From assembly GCF_963921235.1 (NCBI RefSeq), contig NC_086097.1, forward strand, positions 47,184,001 through 47,248,000: 64,000 nucleotides of DNA, in the 5' to 3' direction. Positions 1-11,442 of the stretch are shown here, piece after piece. The translations under genes were made by a program, and so were the position numbers. Every line of letters starts with the position of its first letter. Within the stretch, counting starts at the first letter, position 1. The notes beneath the pieces are model-generated. The model did no database searches and was not told the origin of the DNA. It was given only the letters and a program-made list of their open reading frames with translations. Origin of the DNA: Mobula hypostoma. Its lineage: Eukaryota.

Positions 1-1169
1 GTTCCCTCATTAACTGCAAGTTGTCCAGGCCCTGAGGCAGCAAAGCAGCCCAAAACCATGATGCTCCTTCTACCATGCTTCACAGTTGGGATGAGGTTTT
101 GGTGTTGGTATGCAGTGCCCTTTTCCCTCCAAACTTAGCGGTGTGTATTTCTGCCAAAAAGTTCAACTTTTGTCTCATCTGTCCGGAGAACATTGTCCCA
201 GAAGCATTGTGAAGCATCCAGGTGGTCTTTTGCAAATGTAAGACATGCAGCAATGTTTTGTTTTTGGAGAGCAGTGGTTTCCTCCATGGTGTCCTTCCAT
301 GATCACCATTCTTGTTCAGTGTTTTCCTTATAGTAGGCACATGAACAGACAACAAATTCTAGAGATTTCTGCAGGTCTTTTGCCATTACTCTTGGGTTCT
401 TTTCACCTCCTTCAGCATTGGATGTTGCATTCTTGGTGTGATCTTTGCAAGACACCCGCTCCTAGGAACAGTAGCAACAGTACTGAGTTTCCTCTATTTG
501 TAGCCAATTTCTCTTACTGTGGACACTCAGGTCTTTAGGAATGTTTTTGGAGCCTTTCCCAGCTTCATGTGTCTTTAAACAACTTCTTTCAAGGTCCTCT
601 AAAAGTTGTTTTGGTCAAGGCATGGTGCATATAAACAGATCTTTCTTGAGAAGAGCAGGCTCTGTCAGTAAGCTGACTTTGTTTGTCTTTTTCATAGGGC
701 AGGCCACCTCTATAACCCACATCTATATACCTCCCATCTCATCTCATTAATAAGAACACCTGACTCCGAATAGCTTTTGTAGAAGGCATTAGTTAAGTCA
801 AGTCAAGTCACTTTTTATTGTCATTTTGACCATAACTGCTGGTACAGTACACAGTAAAAATGAGACAATGTTTTTCAGGACCATGGTGCTACATGAACAA
901 TACAAAAACTACACTGAACTACGTAAAAAAACAACACAAATCTGCACTAGACTACAGACCTACCCAGCACTTCATTGAACTTAGACTGTGATTGTTTAAA
1001 TGGTGTACTCAGTATTGACAAGGAGTACAATTGCTTGTGTGTTATTAGTTTAGGCAGATTGTTTTTGTCTATTACTGTGACTTAGATGAAGATCAGACCA
1101 TATTTAATGAGTAATTAATGCAGAAAACCAGGTAATTGTGAAGTGTTTACAAACTTTTTCTTGCAACTG
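1..1169 (-). mobile_element. Tc1/mariner DNA transposon, 5' part, degenerate (runs off the window edge)
   Basis: Minus-strand ORF 80-355 has the Tc1 transposase motif TIRKTLNKNG.HGR.PWRKPLLSK. The terminus at 1169 reads TA|CAGTTGCAAGAAAAAGTTTG on the minus strand (Tc1-type TIR with TA target). A LINE tail interrupts it at about 792-975. Confidence 0.85.
792..975 (-). mobile_element. LINE 3' tail fragment with (AAGTC)n terminal repeat, inserted in the Tc1 copy
   Basis: AGTTAAGTCAAGTCAAGTCA followed by TTTATTG (AATAAA on minus), then 3'UTR-like sequence. Confidence 0.55.
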
Positions 1170-1845
1170 TATATTCAAGAAGCAGAATTATAATTTAATT
1201 TCTCTATTGTTGGTACCTGTTCCTTGAGCTTTTCATGCCCTAGGCTTTGCAATTCTATTTCTTAAACCTCAGCGCCCCTTTATCTCATTTTTGCCTATTA
1301 ATTCAAAATCCTCGTTTGTCCAATCTTTTGGTTGTTTATCTTATTGTTACCCTTAAGTGAGCTGGTGTCAATTTTTTGGTTAGGTGACACTCCTGACAGT
1401 ACCTTGGAACAGTTTGCTATATTAAGTGACTTTGTTGCCTTCTCGCTATTAACATTTGGAAAAGAAATACAGTTAAAAGTATTTCCTTCAAATTATTTTA
1501 TTTTGAAACTAATCTCCAGCTAAGTGAATTTTCCAATTACAACATTTAAATGGAGTATTAATTATGAGCTCACGCAGTTCTACTGCATTAAAATATTAAA
1601 ACAATTTTTCCTAAAACTCTGTCATGTTAATGAAAAAGGTGACATTTTAATATGGAAGCCCCAGACTGTGTATAGCGATTAATTAATTTTTAATGACATA
1701 ATATCAGGAGAGGTTCCATAATCCAGTGTGAATTACAAAATAGATTCTTTGAAAACAAGAGCTCTGCTTTGTCATCATTTCCAAAAGATTCCAAGCCTTG
1801 CATTTGAATTATAAAATTGCAAATGTTATTATTCACTAAGAAAAG

Positions 1846-2464
1846 AAGATGGCGGCGCAACGCAGCGCGCGGCCGTTCCGAATGATATCGTATCTGTGAA
1901 GTAGGATGCCTTGCACAATCCGGATTTGATGGAGGCAGACATGAAGAAGCACGGAGGAACATCTGGAGTAACTTCTGAAATGCCTGCTTCACTGCCGCTG
2001 CTACTGTGCAATCGAGAATCTCCGGAGGGGAAGGCCCTAAGACCTCAACCTTGCCTATTGCCTGTTGCCGGGGCCGGGGTCAAAACACTCAGCAGAGATG
2101 GTGCTCGGTGCTCGATGACGGAGAGCTGGTCAGAGGCTCGGAGTTGGGCTGTGGTTGGATGCTTCCGGGATGCTGCATCGGCAAGTTTGCGGCGCTGGAA
2201 GTTTACTGTCTGTGTGAGATGATGGGACTTTCGAGAGCCTTCAAGACTGTACCGTGCCCATGGTCTGTTCTTATGAAATTACTGTATTGCTTTGCACTGT
2301 TGTAACTATATGTTATAGTTATGTGGTTTTCATCAGTTTTTCAGTCTTGGTTTGTCATGTGTTTCTGTGATATCATTCTGGAGGAACATTGTATCATTTC
2401 TTAATGCATGCATTACTAAATGACAAAAGAGGACTGCGTGTCCTCATAATCTAATCTAATCTAA
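1846..2464 (+). mobile_element. Non-autonomous LINE-derived retroposon, about 620 bp, copy 1
   Basis: Starts AAGATGGCGG (YY1-like), has a CpG-rich 5' half and ends in (AATCT)n. It is colinear with a second copy at 14193-14851 on the minus strand. Confidence 0.75.
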
Positions 2465-3705
2465 AAAATGATAATCTTGAAATTATAGAAATCGTAGTTT
2501 GATACAAATTGTGAAGAAAGTATTGGATTCAATCTTCAAACCAATTATGAGCTTGCCAAAAGAAAGTCAATATTAATGGCACTATATCAGGAGGCATCTT
2601 ACGTAATATGGCAGCAGGAAGTTGCAGAGCTAAATTAAGTATGGAAGCAAGCTGTTATATGACTGTTGTCGGGAAATGTGAAGTCAAATCAGAAAATTTT
2701 CTGAATGCCAAGGCATAGGTTGCACAAACTTATATTTCTTTGAATTTAAACCTTTGTGTTAAATCTAGTTGAGACAGAAAAGACTTCAGATGCTGGAGTA
2801 CAAAGCAAAAAAAAACAAACTGTTAGAAAAGAGTTGCTCTGCCTTCAGAGGTGGTGCCTGACCTACTTAGATCTAGTGGAGTTGTTCAAAAATAGAAAGA
2901 TTCTTTTAGGCTATCAATGTGTTCTTGCATCCATCTACAAGACCTAGATTCTACCACTAGTTAGCACAATGGTATCAATTTTACTTTGTGATAGCAGGAT
3001 TTGTAACTTCTTGCTCGCGTAAGATATCTATAATGGGACTTTGTTTTAAAATTAGCATCAGACCACTGACATAAGTGTTTTTTCATGCAAAGGAGAGTAG
3101 AAATATGGGACATTTCTGTTAAAGGGCTGTGAATGCTAGGCCATTTACAGTATGAACAAGACCAATGTAACTCTCGGGTAAATACTTAAAAGGGTTTGGA
3201 CAAGGCAGGGTAATGGAGTTAAAGTCACCCATGGTTTAATTGTGAGATGGAAAACCCCTTCAAGAAAGAGGTTGGAAAGGTTTCTGGCTGGATTGGAAAT
3301 CATTTCATACAAGGGACACTAACACATAATATAAATCAAGGTTGATGTAAATCTCTTGGAGTAATTTAAATGCCCCATTGTAGCTTATGATAAATCTTCA
3401 GGCTTTTAATCTAATTGACCTGTGCGACTGTGCATGGTTACGAGCATGGAATACTGGTTATGATTCATTAAACTTCACAACTCCAGGTGACAGATTAAGT
3501 TGTCCATGGAATCATATGAGGCATTGGATTGAGAATAGCTCCTATCTCTCGGTTTTCTTAATACTAAATGGAGCATTTGTATGCAAGGCATTACTTTAAA
3601 CTTCCTTCCTTGAAGATTCATTATTCTTCGTGGATTTAAAGCTGGAGAAGAGGAAGACGGTAATGATAAGGGGGAGTAGGGAGGCAGAACAATCTTTCTG
3701 ATGGA

Positions 3706-4151
3706 CTATAATAATGTGGGTGAAACTGGGAGTTGTGGTAAGGCAAGGGTTAAAAACACCGGCCAGGCGAGGATGACTGCGTGGTGTGTATCAATCAGAT
3801 AAGCAAGACTGGAGCCACCCTAGTTTACTACAGACGAGATAGGCAAGGGTGACTGCCTACTTATTCAACTAGAAGAATGGGGCCTCTGAAGTGAGAACTT
3901 TTCTAGAAAGATCCTTGAAGATGTAGTTTCCCTTTAGACGAGAGGGAATACCAAAGAGAAATGAGGTGGGAATAATGGAAGAATGTGAATCACACATAAC
4001 AACTAAGTGACAATTGCTTTACCAACTTCAAAGTGTATTCGGTTGTCTGCTTGTAGTCTCTATTGACCTTTAATACTTCAATTGTGAATGAGATTGATCT
4101 TGCAAGTAAAGGAACTCATACATAGTTTACCAGTTGGTCAATATCATAACA
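3706..4151 (+). mobile_element. Possible old solo LTR
   Basis: Compositionally distinct block ending ...AGTAAAGG...CATAACA. No convincing TSD found. Confidence 0.25.
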
Positions 4152-4394
4152 GATAGGCCAATTCTGTATAAAAATGTCAGTTTTCTGTCCAGGCTTCAGA
4201 ACAAGTGTGGTGACGGGCCACATTGTTCTCGTTGTGCACAAGTAAAATGAACTGTGATTCAGTCATCAGTTTGCCTGTGTTCTGGGTCCAGTTACTTTAT
4301 TATCGGTGATGACAAGACTGCATAGAAATATGATGCCACTCTATGATTCACCATCCTTGATCTTATCTGCTGTATCACGCCTTGAAAGGGAGAA

Positions 4395-4534
4395 TAAACT
4401 GTGTGAATCCCTGCAGCATCTGGTGACCCTGTGATCTCTGTCTTAGAAGCTGACCATCTTTTAAGAGGGTGAACCCTCACAAGACATCAGGCCCTGATGG
4501 TGTACCTGGTATGACTCTGAAAACCTGTGCCAAC
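4395..4534 (+). mobile_element. Rex1/Babar-like LINE RT fragment, left part (host of the LTR insertion)
   Basis: Encodes ..KTSGPDGVPGMTLKTCAN, which continues after the LTR element at 8322 as Q..FKDIFNLSL. Confidence 0.75.
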
Positions 4535-4732
4535 TGTTGTGTATGTGGCCGGGTTACACAACAAAGCTATAAATAAAAACGCTGGAGATGGGAGCTAAGT
4601 TAACCGGGTTCTTGACTGACTGAAACCGAACTGAACACACACGCACAGATCAATATGCGCCTAATAGTGCATGCAATGATGTGTCCCTACAACATAAAGT
4701 AGTCCCATATGATACAGTAGCTATACAGTACA
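4535..4732 (-). repeat. 3' LTR (198 bp) of the cargo-carrying element
   Basis: TGTACTGTATAG...CACAACA on minus, preceded by PPT AAAAGGGGGAGGAG. Aligns with 8141-8316. Confidence 0.9.
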
Positions 4733-5777
4733 CTCCTCCCCTTTTATTTTAATAGTGTATCAACTTTTTTTTACTGGGGCACTACGCTAAACAAATATGT
4801 TTACCCTTTACATACAAATGCCTACCAATTGTTTACTTAGTAATTTAATAATATCAAATTACAAATTAATGTAATAATATCAAATTATAACAAGCCTTTT
4901 TTTTACTTTTGGTCTAAGACCCATTTATAACTCAAGTCCCTGGGGGGACTCTGCCCACTATGCTGTACTTCTCTAGATGATTATGTACCAGCGGTAACAG
5001 AAGAAATCAGTGAAGCTGTAGCAAAATTAGTCATATTGCTCAAGAGGCGTGATGCATTTTTCGTAGCTTTGGTTTCCATGGTCTGCTTCAAAGATGACTT
5101 GCCGCCAATAAAAGAAATGGTTGGTGATCTGCCGTCTCTGCTAGTTATTCAAAAGTCGGGGCAATCCAAAGACTCACAGAAAGAACAGTACTTTACCAGT
5201 AATCTTTCACCGTTTGATGAAGCAGTTGATCGAAATCCTGTTGTTCATTCCGCTGTTCTTAAACTGCAGTTAAAGTACAGTGTTGCTGATATTAAGGATG
5301 ACCTGCAGTGCTATCTGTCTGGCCCAAGAGGGAGAGTTCCTTCAGATGCACATTCAGCCACAAGTGTGAAAATACAACAATAGAAACCTATTGTTTTATT
5401 TGTTTTCCTGTCATGGGATGGCTGTGTAAATATGCTGTACTGTATCTGCTCTATGATATGCTGTGCTGCTTTGTAAAATAAGAATAATAATAAAAATTTG
5501 AATTATAAAAACAATAGAAACCTTACAGTTTGTTGCCAGAATTCGCCTCTGTTTTGATGCTGTTTCCCAACCTCTTTGTGCAGAACGAGACACATTGCTG
5601 AGGATTCAAAATATGTACGTGCAAAAGAAACTTCTCTGCAAAGGGTTAAGTGTATGATTCTTAATGGAGGAAATGATTAGTTTGAGATTTACCGTGTGGG
5701 AAAGCTGTTCTGTTTGAATGGAATTGATTTTGTCCAAGAGCTTTTAAGGGATGACCAATTTTCATCGATCTTTTCCA

Positions 5778-6625
5778 AGGAAATTGTTCAGGAGAAGATG
5801 GAGATGCTGGTCTTTTCGGAGATTTATACTAATTGAGAGTTTACAGATCTTCCATTATCTGTTCATCTGTTAACAAGTAATTTAACTGCGCAGGTACAGG
5901 TTTTTGTCTTTTGTCTGTAATTGGAACAGGGTCATTAGGAATCCTCCTTAGTTTCCTTGTTATTATTGGCTTTACCTCCATAGATTCTCCTGTGAGTTCC
6001 ATTGTTAGCATCTCATTCTCAATCATCTTTTTCTTTTTTTCTAACTCAATGTTTTTAATCTTCAAATTCCTTCACTGCTGCTTTCTTCTCTTTAATATAA
6101 TTCCTTTCTCCTTGTTCTGTCTCCAGTTGCAGAAAAAACTCTATTTCATATTCTTTCCTTGTATTGTTGATCTAGTTTCTTCATCCTTTTCTGATACTCC
6201 TGCAAAGTGCCTTCCTGTTACTACCCTTTTGCCTATCACCTGTCCAGCTCTTGGCTCTATCCCTCCCCCTCCTGTCTTCTCCTATCATTTTGCATCTCCC
6301 CCTCCCCCTCCCACTTTCAAATCCCTTACTCACTCTTCCTTCAGTTAGTCCTGACGAAGGGTCTCGGCCTGAAACGTCGACTGTACCTCTTCCTACAGAT
6401 GCTGCCTGGCCTGCTGCGTTCACCAACAACTTTGATGTGTGTTTCCTGTTACTACTGTAGCTGTCTTTTGAGAGATGTCAATTTCTTCTGGTACATCTGC
6501 TCTTTTACTTCCAGGTAGTCTTCATCATCCTGCTTATTAGCAATATCTGTCTCCCTGTCGACGCTGTCCAGTTCCTCGTCGTCATTGTAATAGTCGACAA
6601 TGGGTGAGAGGAGAGCTGTGGACAT
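5778..6625 (-). pseudogene. SUDS3: Processed (intronless) pseudogene of Sin3 HDAC complex subunit SDS3
   Basis: Reads [158 protein letters not shown]. This matches vertebrate SUDS3 as recalled. It has several stops and deletions, one TE insertion, no introns and lacks the C-terminus. Confidence 0.93.
6225..6442 (+). mobile_element. Penelope-like element 3' end fragment inserted in the SUDS3 retrocopy
   Basis: Same sequence as the 3' end of the Penelope element at about 41135-41355. 13-bp TSD TTCCTGTTACTAC at 6212-6224 and 6443-6455. Confidence 0.9.
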
Positions 6626-6649
6626 CTTCCCCACCGAGCTGCCCTCCTT

Positions 6650-7811
6650 CGTTGATACATCTAGTGCCTTGATGGTGTGCCAATCCAACTGGATTTTCCT
6701 GAGCCATTCACATTCCAGCAATGGTGGTCCTCCATTTTTCAGTACCTAGAGGCTCAGTTGCTATGTTTTATCTCCGTAGGTCACTGTCACTTCAATTTTG
6801 CCTTTGGGATGCACTTTCTGTCCTGTGTAGGTTTTTAGTAGAAGTTTCGTTCGTATCAGAGGTATGTGCAAAAACAGTTGTTTGTAGTCGTGTACAGAGA
6901 TCACTGTTAAAGCTGAGCCTGTGTCCAGCTCCATTTTCAGTCTCACACCTGCCACTTGTGGAGTGATCCATATTACTCTTCGATCATCTGTCTCCTTCAT
7001 GCTGTGAAGTTGCAGACAAGACAATTCACTTTTGTCAGATTCATTTTCATCAGAACTGCCTTCTTTCATTTTGTGCACATTGTTGTATTTTCCTTTCTGG
7101 GGTTTCTTGTTTCTCTGTATTTTGACCTTTTTCTGCTGTTTACTAGCTTTGCATACTCTGCCAATGTGGCCCTGTCTGCCACAGTTTCTGCATTCTTTAT
7201 CTTTAAACCAACAGTCATCTGGGTCATGTGACCTATTTCTTTCCTTCATTTCTGTTCAGTGACATATTTGTAGCATATTCCAGAGATTTTTGTTGTATCC
7301 CGGAAGCACCTCGTGTGGCTGTTTCCGTTGATATTGCAATGTTCAGCGCCTTCTCTAATGTAAGGTACCTTTCACACAGAAGCTTCTTCTGTGTGGTTTC
7401 ACAGTGCATGCCACACACTAGCCTGTCCCTCAATGCATCCGATAGACCCGTTCCAAATTGACAATGTTCTGATAATTTGCGCAATTCAGCACAATATTCA
7501 GAAATGCTTTCATTTTTGCTCTGATTCCGATTGTGAAATTTAAATCTTTCAGCAATGCCCAGCGGTTTGGGGTTTAAATGCTGTTGCAGAGTGTCTACTA
7601 TTTGCTTGAACGTTTTGTCAGCTGGCTTTTCAGGGGTTAACAAGCTCCGTAGCAGGCCGTATGTTTTTGCTTCCATAATACTAAGTAAGACGCTGATTTT
7701 CTTTTCATCATTAACATTGTTAGCATCACAATATAACTCCACTTTTTCAATGTAAATTACCCGGTCTTCAATGCTACTATTAACTGCTGTAATGGTTCCA
7801 ATCATCATCAT
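6650..7811 (-). pseudogene. Retrotransposon gag-protease (frameshifted, with stops)
   Basis: ORFs 7233-7811 and 6761-7249. Gag motifs ERFKFH.R.Q...ESISEY.AELR.L..HC.FG..L.DALRDRLVCG, zinc knuckle CRNCGRQGHIGRVC, aspartic protease LDTGSA, and protease end GGPPLL..EWL..I.LDW. Confidence 0.9.
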
Positions 7812-7924
7812 CTTTGTTACGTTAATTTAGCCCTGTTCTCCCTTTTTTTTGATTCACGTGACCTTTTTGCTACCGCCACAAGCGCACTCCATCTAGATGT
7901 TTGTGTCGCTCCTTTTTATCTCCC

Positions 7925-8125
7925 TTCTGGGGCAGGCAGACCCTCAGTCCCTGGGGGTCAGCGCCGGCTGTGGTCTCGGCTGGACATGCTGTGGCTCCGA
8001 CTGTGTCCCTTGGTCTCCCGACGTTCCCGACCCTGACTGTGCTCCCGCTTCCTTTCGGACTCGCGGCCTCGCTCTGCTTCCTTCTCCCGCTCCTTGGCTC
8101 GTTCCTTGTGCTCTTCCTCTGAGTG
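7925..8125 (-). pseudogene. ACIN1: Captured 3' fragment of an Acinus-like mRNA (RS/RD-rich C-terminus, stop codon, start of 3'UTR)
   Basis: 8122 to 7958 reads SEEEHKERAKEREKEAERGRESERKREHSQGRERRETKGHSRSHSMSSRDHSRR*. This resembles the recalled ACIN1 end (..KEREKEAERER...KRREHSRER...[28 protein letters not shown]). The sequence is low complexity, so the call is less certain. Confidence 0.7.
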
Positions 8126-8140
8126 TCGTTATCAGTTAAA

Positions 8141-8316
8141 CTGGAGACGGGAGCTAAGTTAACAGGGTTCTTTACTGACTGAAACCGAACTGAACACAGA
8201 TATACAGATCAATAAGCATCTAGTAGCACATGCTCAATACGTGCCTAATAGCACATGCACCGACATGTCCCTATAACATAAAGTAGTTCCATATTATACA
8301 GTAGCTATACAGCACA
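8141..8316 (-). repeat. 5' LTR of the cargo-carrying element, truncated at its 3' (U5) end
   Basis: Aligns with 4582-4732 with about 19 substitutions in about 150 bp (hand count) plus a ~25-bp internal duplication. It lacks the last ~47 bp present in the other LTR. Confidence 0.88.
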
Positions 8317-8665
8317 CCAACCAATTTGAGGAGCGTTCAAGGACATCTTCAATCTCTCTCTGCTGTAGTCGGAGTTTCCCACCTACTTCGAAAGGGCGAC
8401 TATCATACCAGTACTAAAGAAGAGCGGCTTGAGATGTCTCAATGACTATCACTCAGTGACACTCACATCTGCTGTGAGGAAGTGCTCTGAGAGATTGGTC
8501 ATGGCTAGAATCATATCCTGCCTAAGCAAAGACCTGGACCTGTTGCAATTTGCCCATCACCACGATCGGTTTGTAGTGGATGCAATCTCACTGGCTCTCT
8601 CTACTTGGCCTTGGATCACCTGGACCATAGCAATGCCCACATTAGCCTGCTGTTTATTGATTTCA
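8317..8665 (+). mobile_element. Rex1/Babar-like LINE RT fragment, right part
   Basis: FKDIFNLSL..S..PT.F....IIPV.KK...CLNDY..V.LTS...KC.ERLV....LD.LQFA is a typical Rex1/Babar RT N-terminal region. Confidence 0.8.
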
Positions 8666-10610
8666 ACACTTCATATTGTAAGATGTTGAAGAGATTGAGA
8701 GATTGCAATCCAATTCACATTAGCATGCTATCTGTTTTGAGAAAATGCAATTGCAAACTAAGGATTTGAAAAACTAGGACTGAAAAGCAAAAGTGACAAA
8801 TGCTGGAAATCTGAAACAAAAACATGAATCGTAGGGATGCTCAATAGTGGCTCGGCATCTGTGAAGGGAGAAGATCTGGCCTTGAAGGTCAGTTCCTGAA
8901 ATGTTAACTCTGACATTATTTCTCTCTCTGCAGGTAGTGCAGCACAGTAACGTACAGTGATGTGGTGCTGCTAGCAGAGCTGCTGCCTCACAACTTCACC
9001 AACACAAGTGCAATCCTGAGCCTTAGCATGAATTTTGCCCTCTCTGTGTGACGGCATGGGTTTTCCCCAAGGAGTTCAATTTCCAACCACATCCCCAAAA
9101 CAAGTTAGTAGGTTTGGAGGTGTAAACAGGAATATGGAGCAAATAAAATGAGTTTCATGTAAGTCGGCGGTTCAAGGCTCACTGAGTCTGTGCTGACCAA
9201 AAGAGTCTGTTTCCAAGCTGTATGACTGGATGGCCACTTGACCTGCTGAGGATCCTTAATATTTTCATATCTAATTTGGAAAGTGGGGATGCTTTCTGTA
9301 GACACTAGGTAATTTGAGCAGTTTAAAATTAAGCAATAAAACAAAATGCAATGAGGCAGACAATTCATCATGATTGCAGGATCTTAAGCAAGGTGATAAC
9401 GGGTAAAGGTTAAATGCAATGTAAGTGGAAAAGTACTGTAGATAAGAATCTTATTTTTGTACAGAGTTTCTGGCTGAAATGGAGATGATGTCAGCACTTG
9501 AGAACAAGCTGAGCTCTTCAATGAAAAGGAAGTAAAAATATCTGCGAATAGAGTGGGCAAACATGATCATAATTATTAATCATATTTGGTTAAACATTAA
9601 TATGGACAGTTTGGATAAATCACCATTTTTATGATTTTCTATGCCCGAAGAGACAGAAGAACGGGCTGCCTTTAGCTTTGGAGTCCTGGGGCACACAGTT
9701 CCTGGAGGTGTACCAGAAAACAATGGGAACATCAGATGCAGTCTCTAAGGATTGCCTCTAAAGATTCGTGACAGCTGACAGGTGTGGATCTCAAATCGAC
9801 AACATCATATGCAGCAACATCCTAAAAGTGCTTCCTGTGTCTGGCAGGCATTAATGAAACCTTTATTGGAATCTGTGATAAACTCCCACATGCCACCTGT
9901 TTAAATAAAATACTGACAGAGGCCATGTTGACAACAGAGACTGGTTTAGGAAGTGTGTTTTACTTTAAATTACTCAGTGTTGTGGATATGCAGGCTGGTT
10001 TTGCCGGGTTTTCGAGATCTGATCACCGCCCACTGACAATGAAATATACAGATCCCAGTGAAATAGCTTGCACTGGCTATGGAGACTTTGCATTATTCTA
10101 AAGCTTTATTGTGGCACAGAAAAGCCAAAACAAGCTCTAGTACTGACTCCTTCATTGTATCCTTTTCAAACTTTTGTACACATTTTGTTACAAAGGCTTC
10201 TGATAACCCTCACTACTCTAACCCTCTGTATGAAGCAGTAGTAAAGGAGATAGGAAAAAAGTGATTAATAACAACTTAATTATAACATTTCATTTTGTAA
10301 AGGTTAATTGGACTCGAGGTCCTTTTGTGTTGTAACTCTTCTGCTTTTGTTTCTTCAGATTGGACTCTGACTGACAGCTAGTACTCTTTCATTTTATTCT
10401 ACATGACCAAAATATTGAAGTTTGGAAGGTCACAAAATACATCCTCCCATCATAACCTATGGTACTGTAACATCAGTTAACATCCTTAAATGGTAATATA
10501 CAAGTACATGATGGAACATTTCAATTCCAGAATACATATCCAAAAATATCCAAACACTCATTTTGAGGCACAAATTTTCATAAACATCAACTAAATTTAG
10601 GCCTATGTTG

Positions 10611-10952
10611 CAACACACATAAAAGTTGCTGGTGAACGCAGCAGGCCAGGCAGCATCTCTAGGAAGAGGTACAGTCGACGTTTCAGGCCGGGACCCTTCG
10701 TCAGGACTAACTGAAAGAAGAGATAGTAAGAGATTTGAAAGGGGGAGGGGGAGATCTGAAATGATAGGAGAAGACAGGAGGGGGAGGGATGGAGCTAAGA
10801 GCTGGAAAGTTGATTGGCAAAAGGGATATGAGAGGATCATGGATAAATAAATAAATATAATGGATGGAGTGTGAGGGGAGGTGGGGCATTAACGGAAGTT
10901 AGAGAAATCAATGTTCATGCCATCAGGTTGGAGGCTACCCAGACGGAATATA
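10611..10952 (-). mobile_element. Penelope-like element 3' fragment with hammerhead motif
   Basis: Matches the family at 40730-41398. 12-bp TSD AGGCCTATGTTG at 10599-10610 and 10953-10964. Confidence 0.85.
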
Positions 10953-11442
10953 AGGCCTATGTTGTTTCACTCTCAACATTTTAACCTTGTGCTGGAATAA
11001 TACTGTTCCCCACAAGGGGGTGCCACAAACTGCATTGTTCTTGTTTTCTGACCTTATTGCTGATTTTTTAAAAATCTAAATAGGGAATAACATTACTGTT
11101 TTAAACTTTATTTTCCTCACTGTCTCCCTGACAACCTTAACTAGAGAGGTCATGAAACAGAAATAGGCCATTTGTTCCACAATCTCTGTGCTGACCTATC
11201 CCCTGCTCCCTGCAGAATGTGCCATTCACTGCACCTCTAGGGTCAGACTTTGAATCCAGTTGAAATAAACAATAGGGGTAAAAAAACAAACTTCAAATTG
11301 TCATATATGCAGTAAATTGGTGTTATGGTGTTGGTTCATGGCTTATCATAAACGACTGGAGATGGAATTTATGAAGGGTGCTCTGAATAATCCTATACTT
11401 GTGCTGTTCTTCACCAGGCAGTCCACTTGTGTTACCAATATA

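Larger units (their letters stand above)
4535..8316 (-). mobile_element. Gypsy-type LTR retrotransposon (gag-protease only) carrying captured cellular sequences
   Basis: Two related LTRs (4535-4732 and 8141-8316) with TG...CA outer ends. TSD CCAAC at 4530-4534 and 8317-8321. Polypurine tract at 4733-4750. gag/pro ORFs at 6650-7811. No RT, RNaseH or integrase. Confidence 0.9.

Noticed and set aside
5778..6625. Functional SUDS3 gene
   Set aside because: Multiple stops, deletions, a TE insertion, missing C-terminus and no introns.
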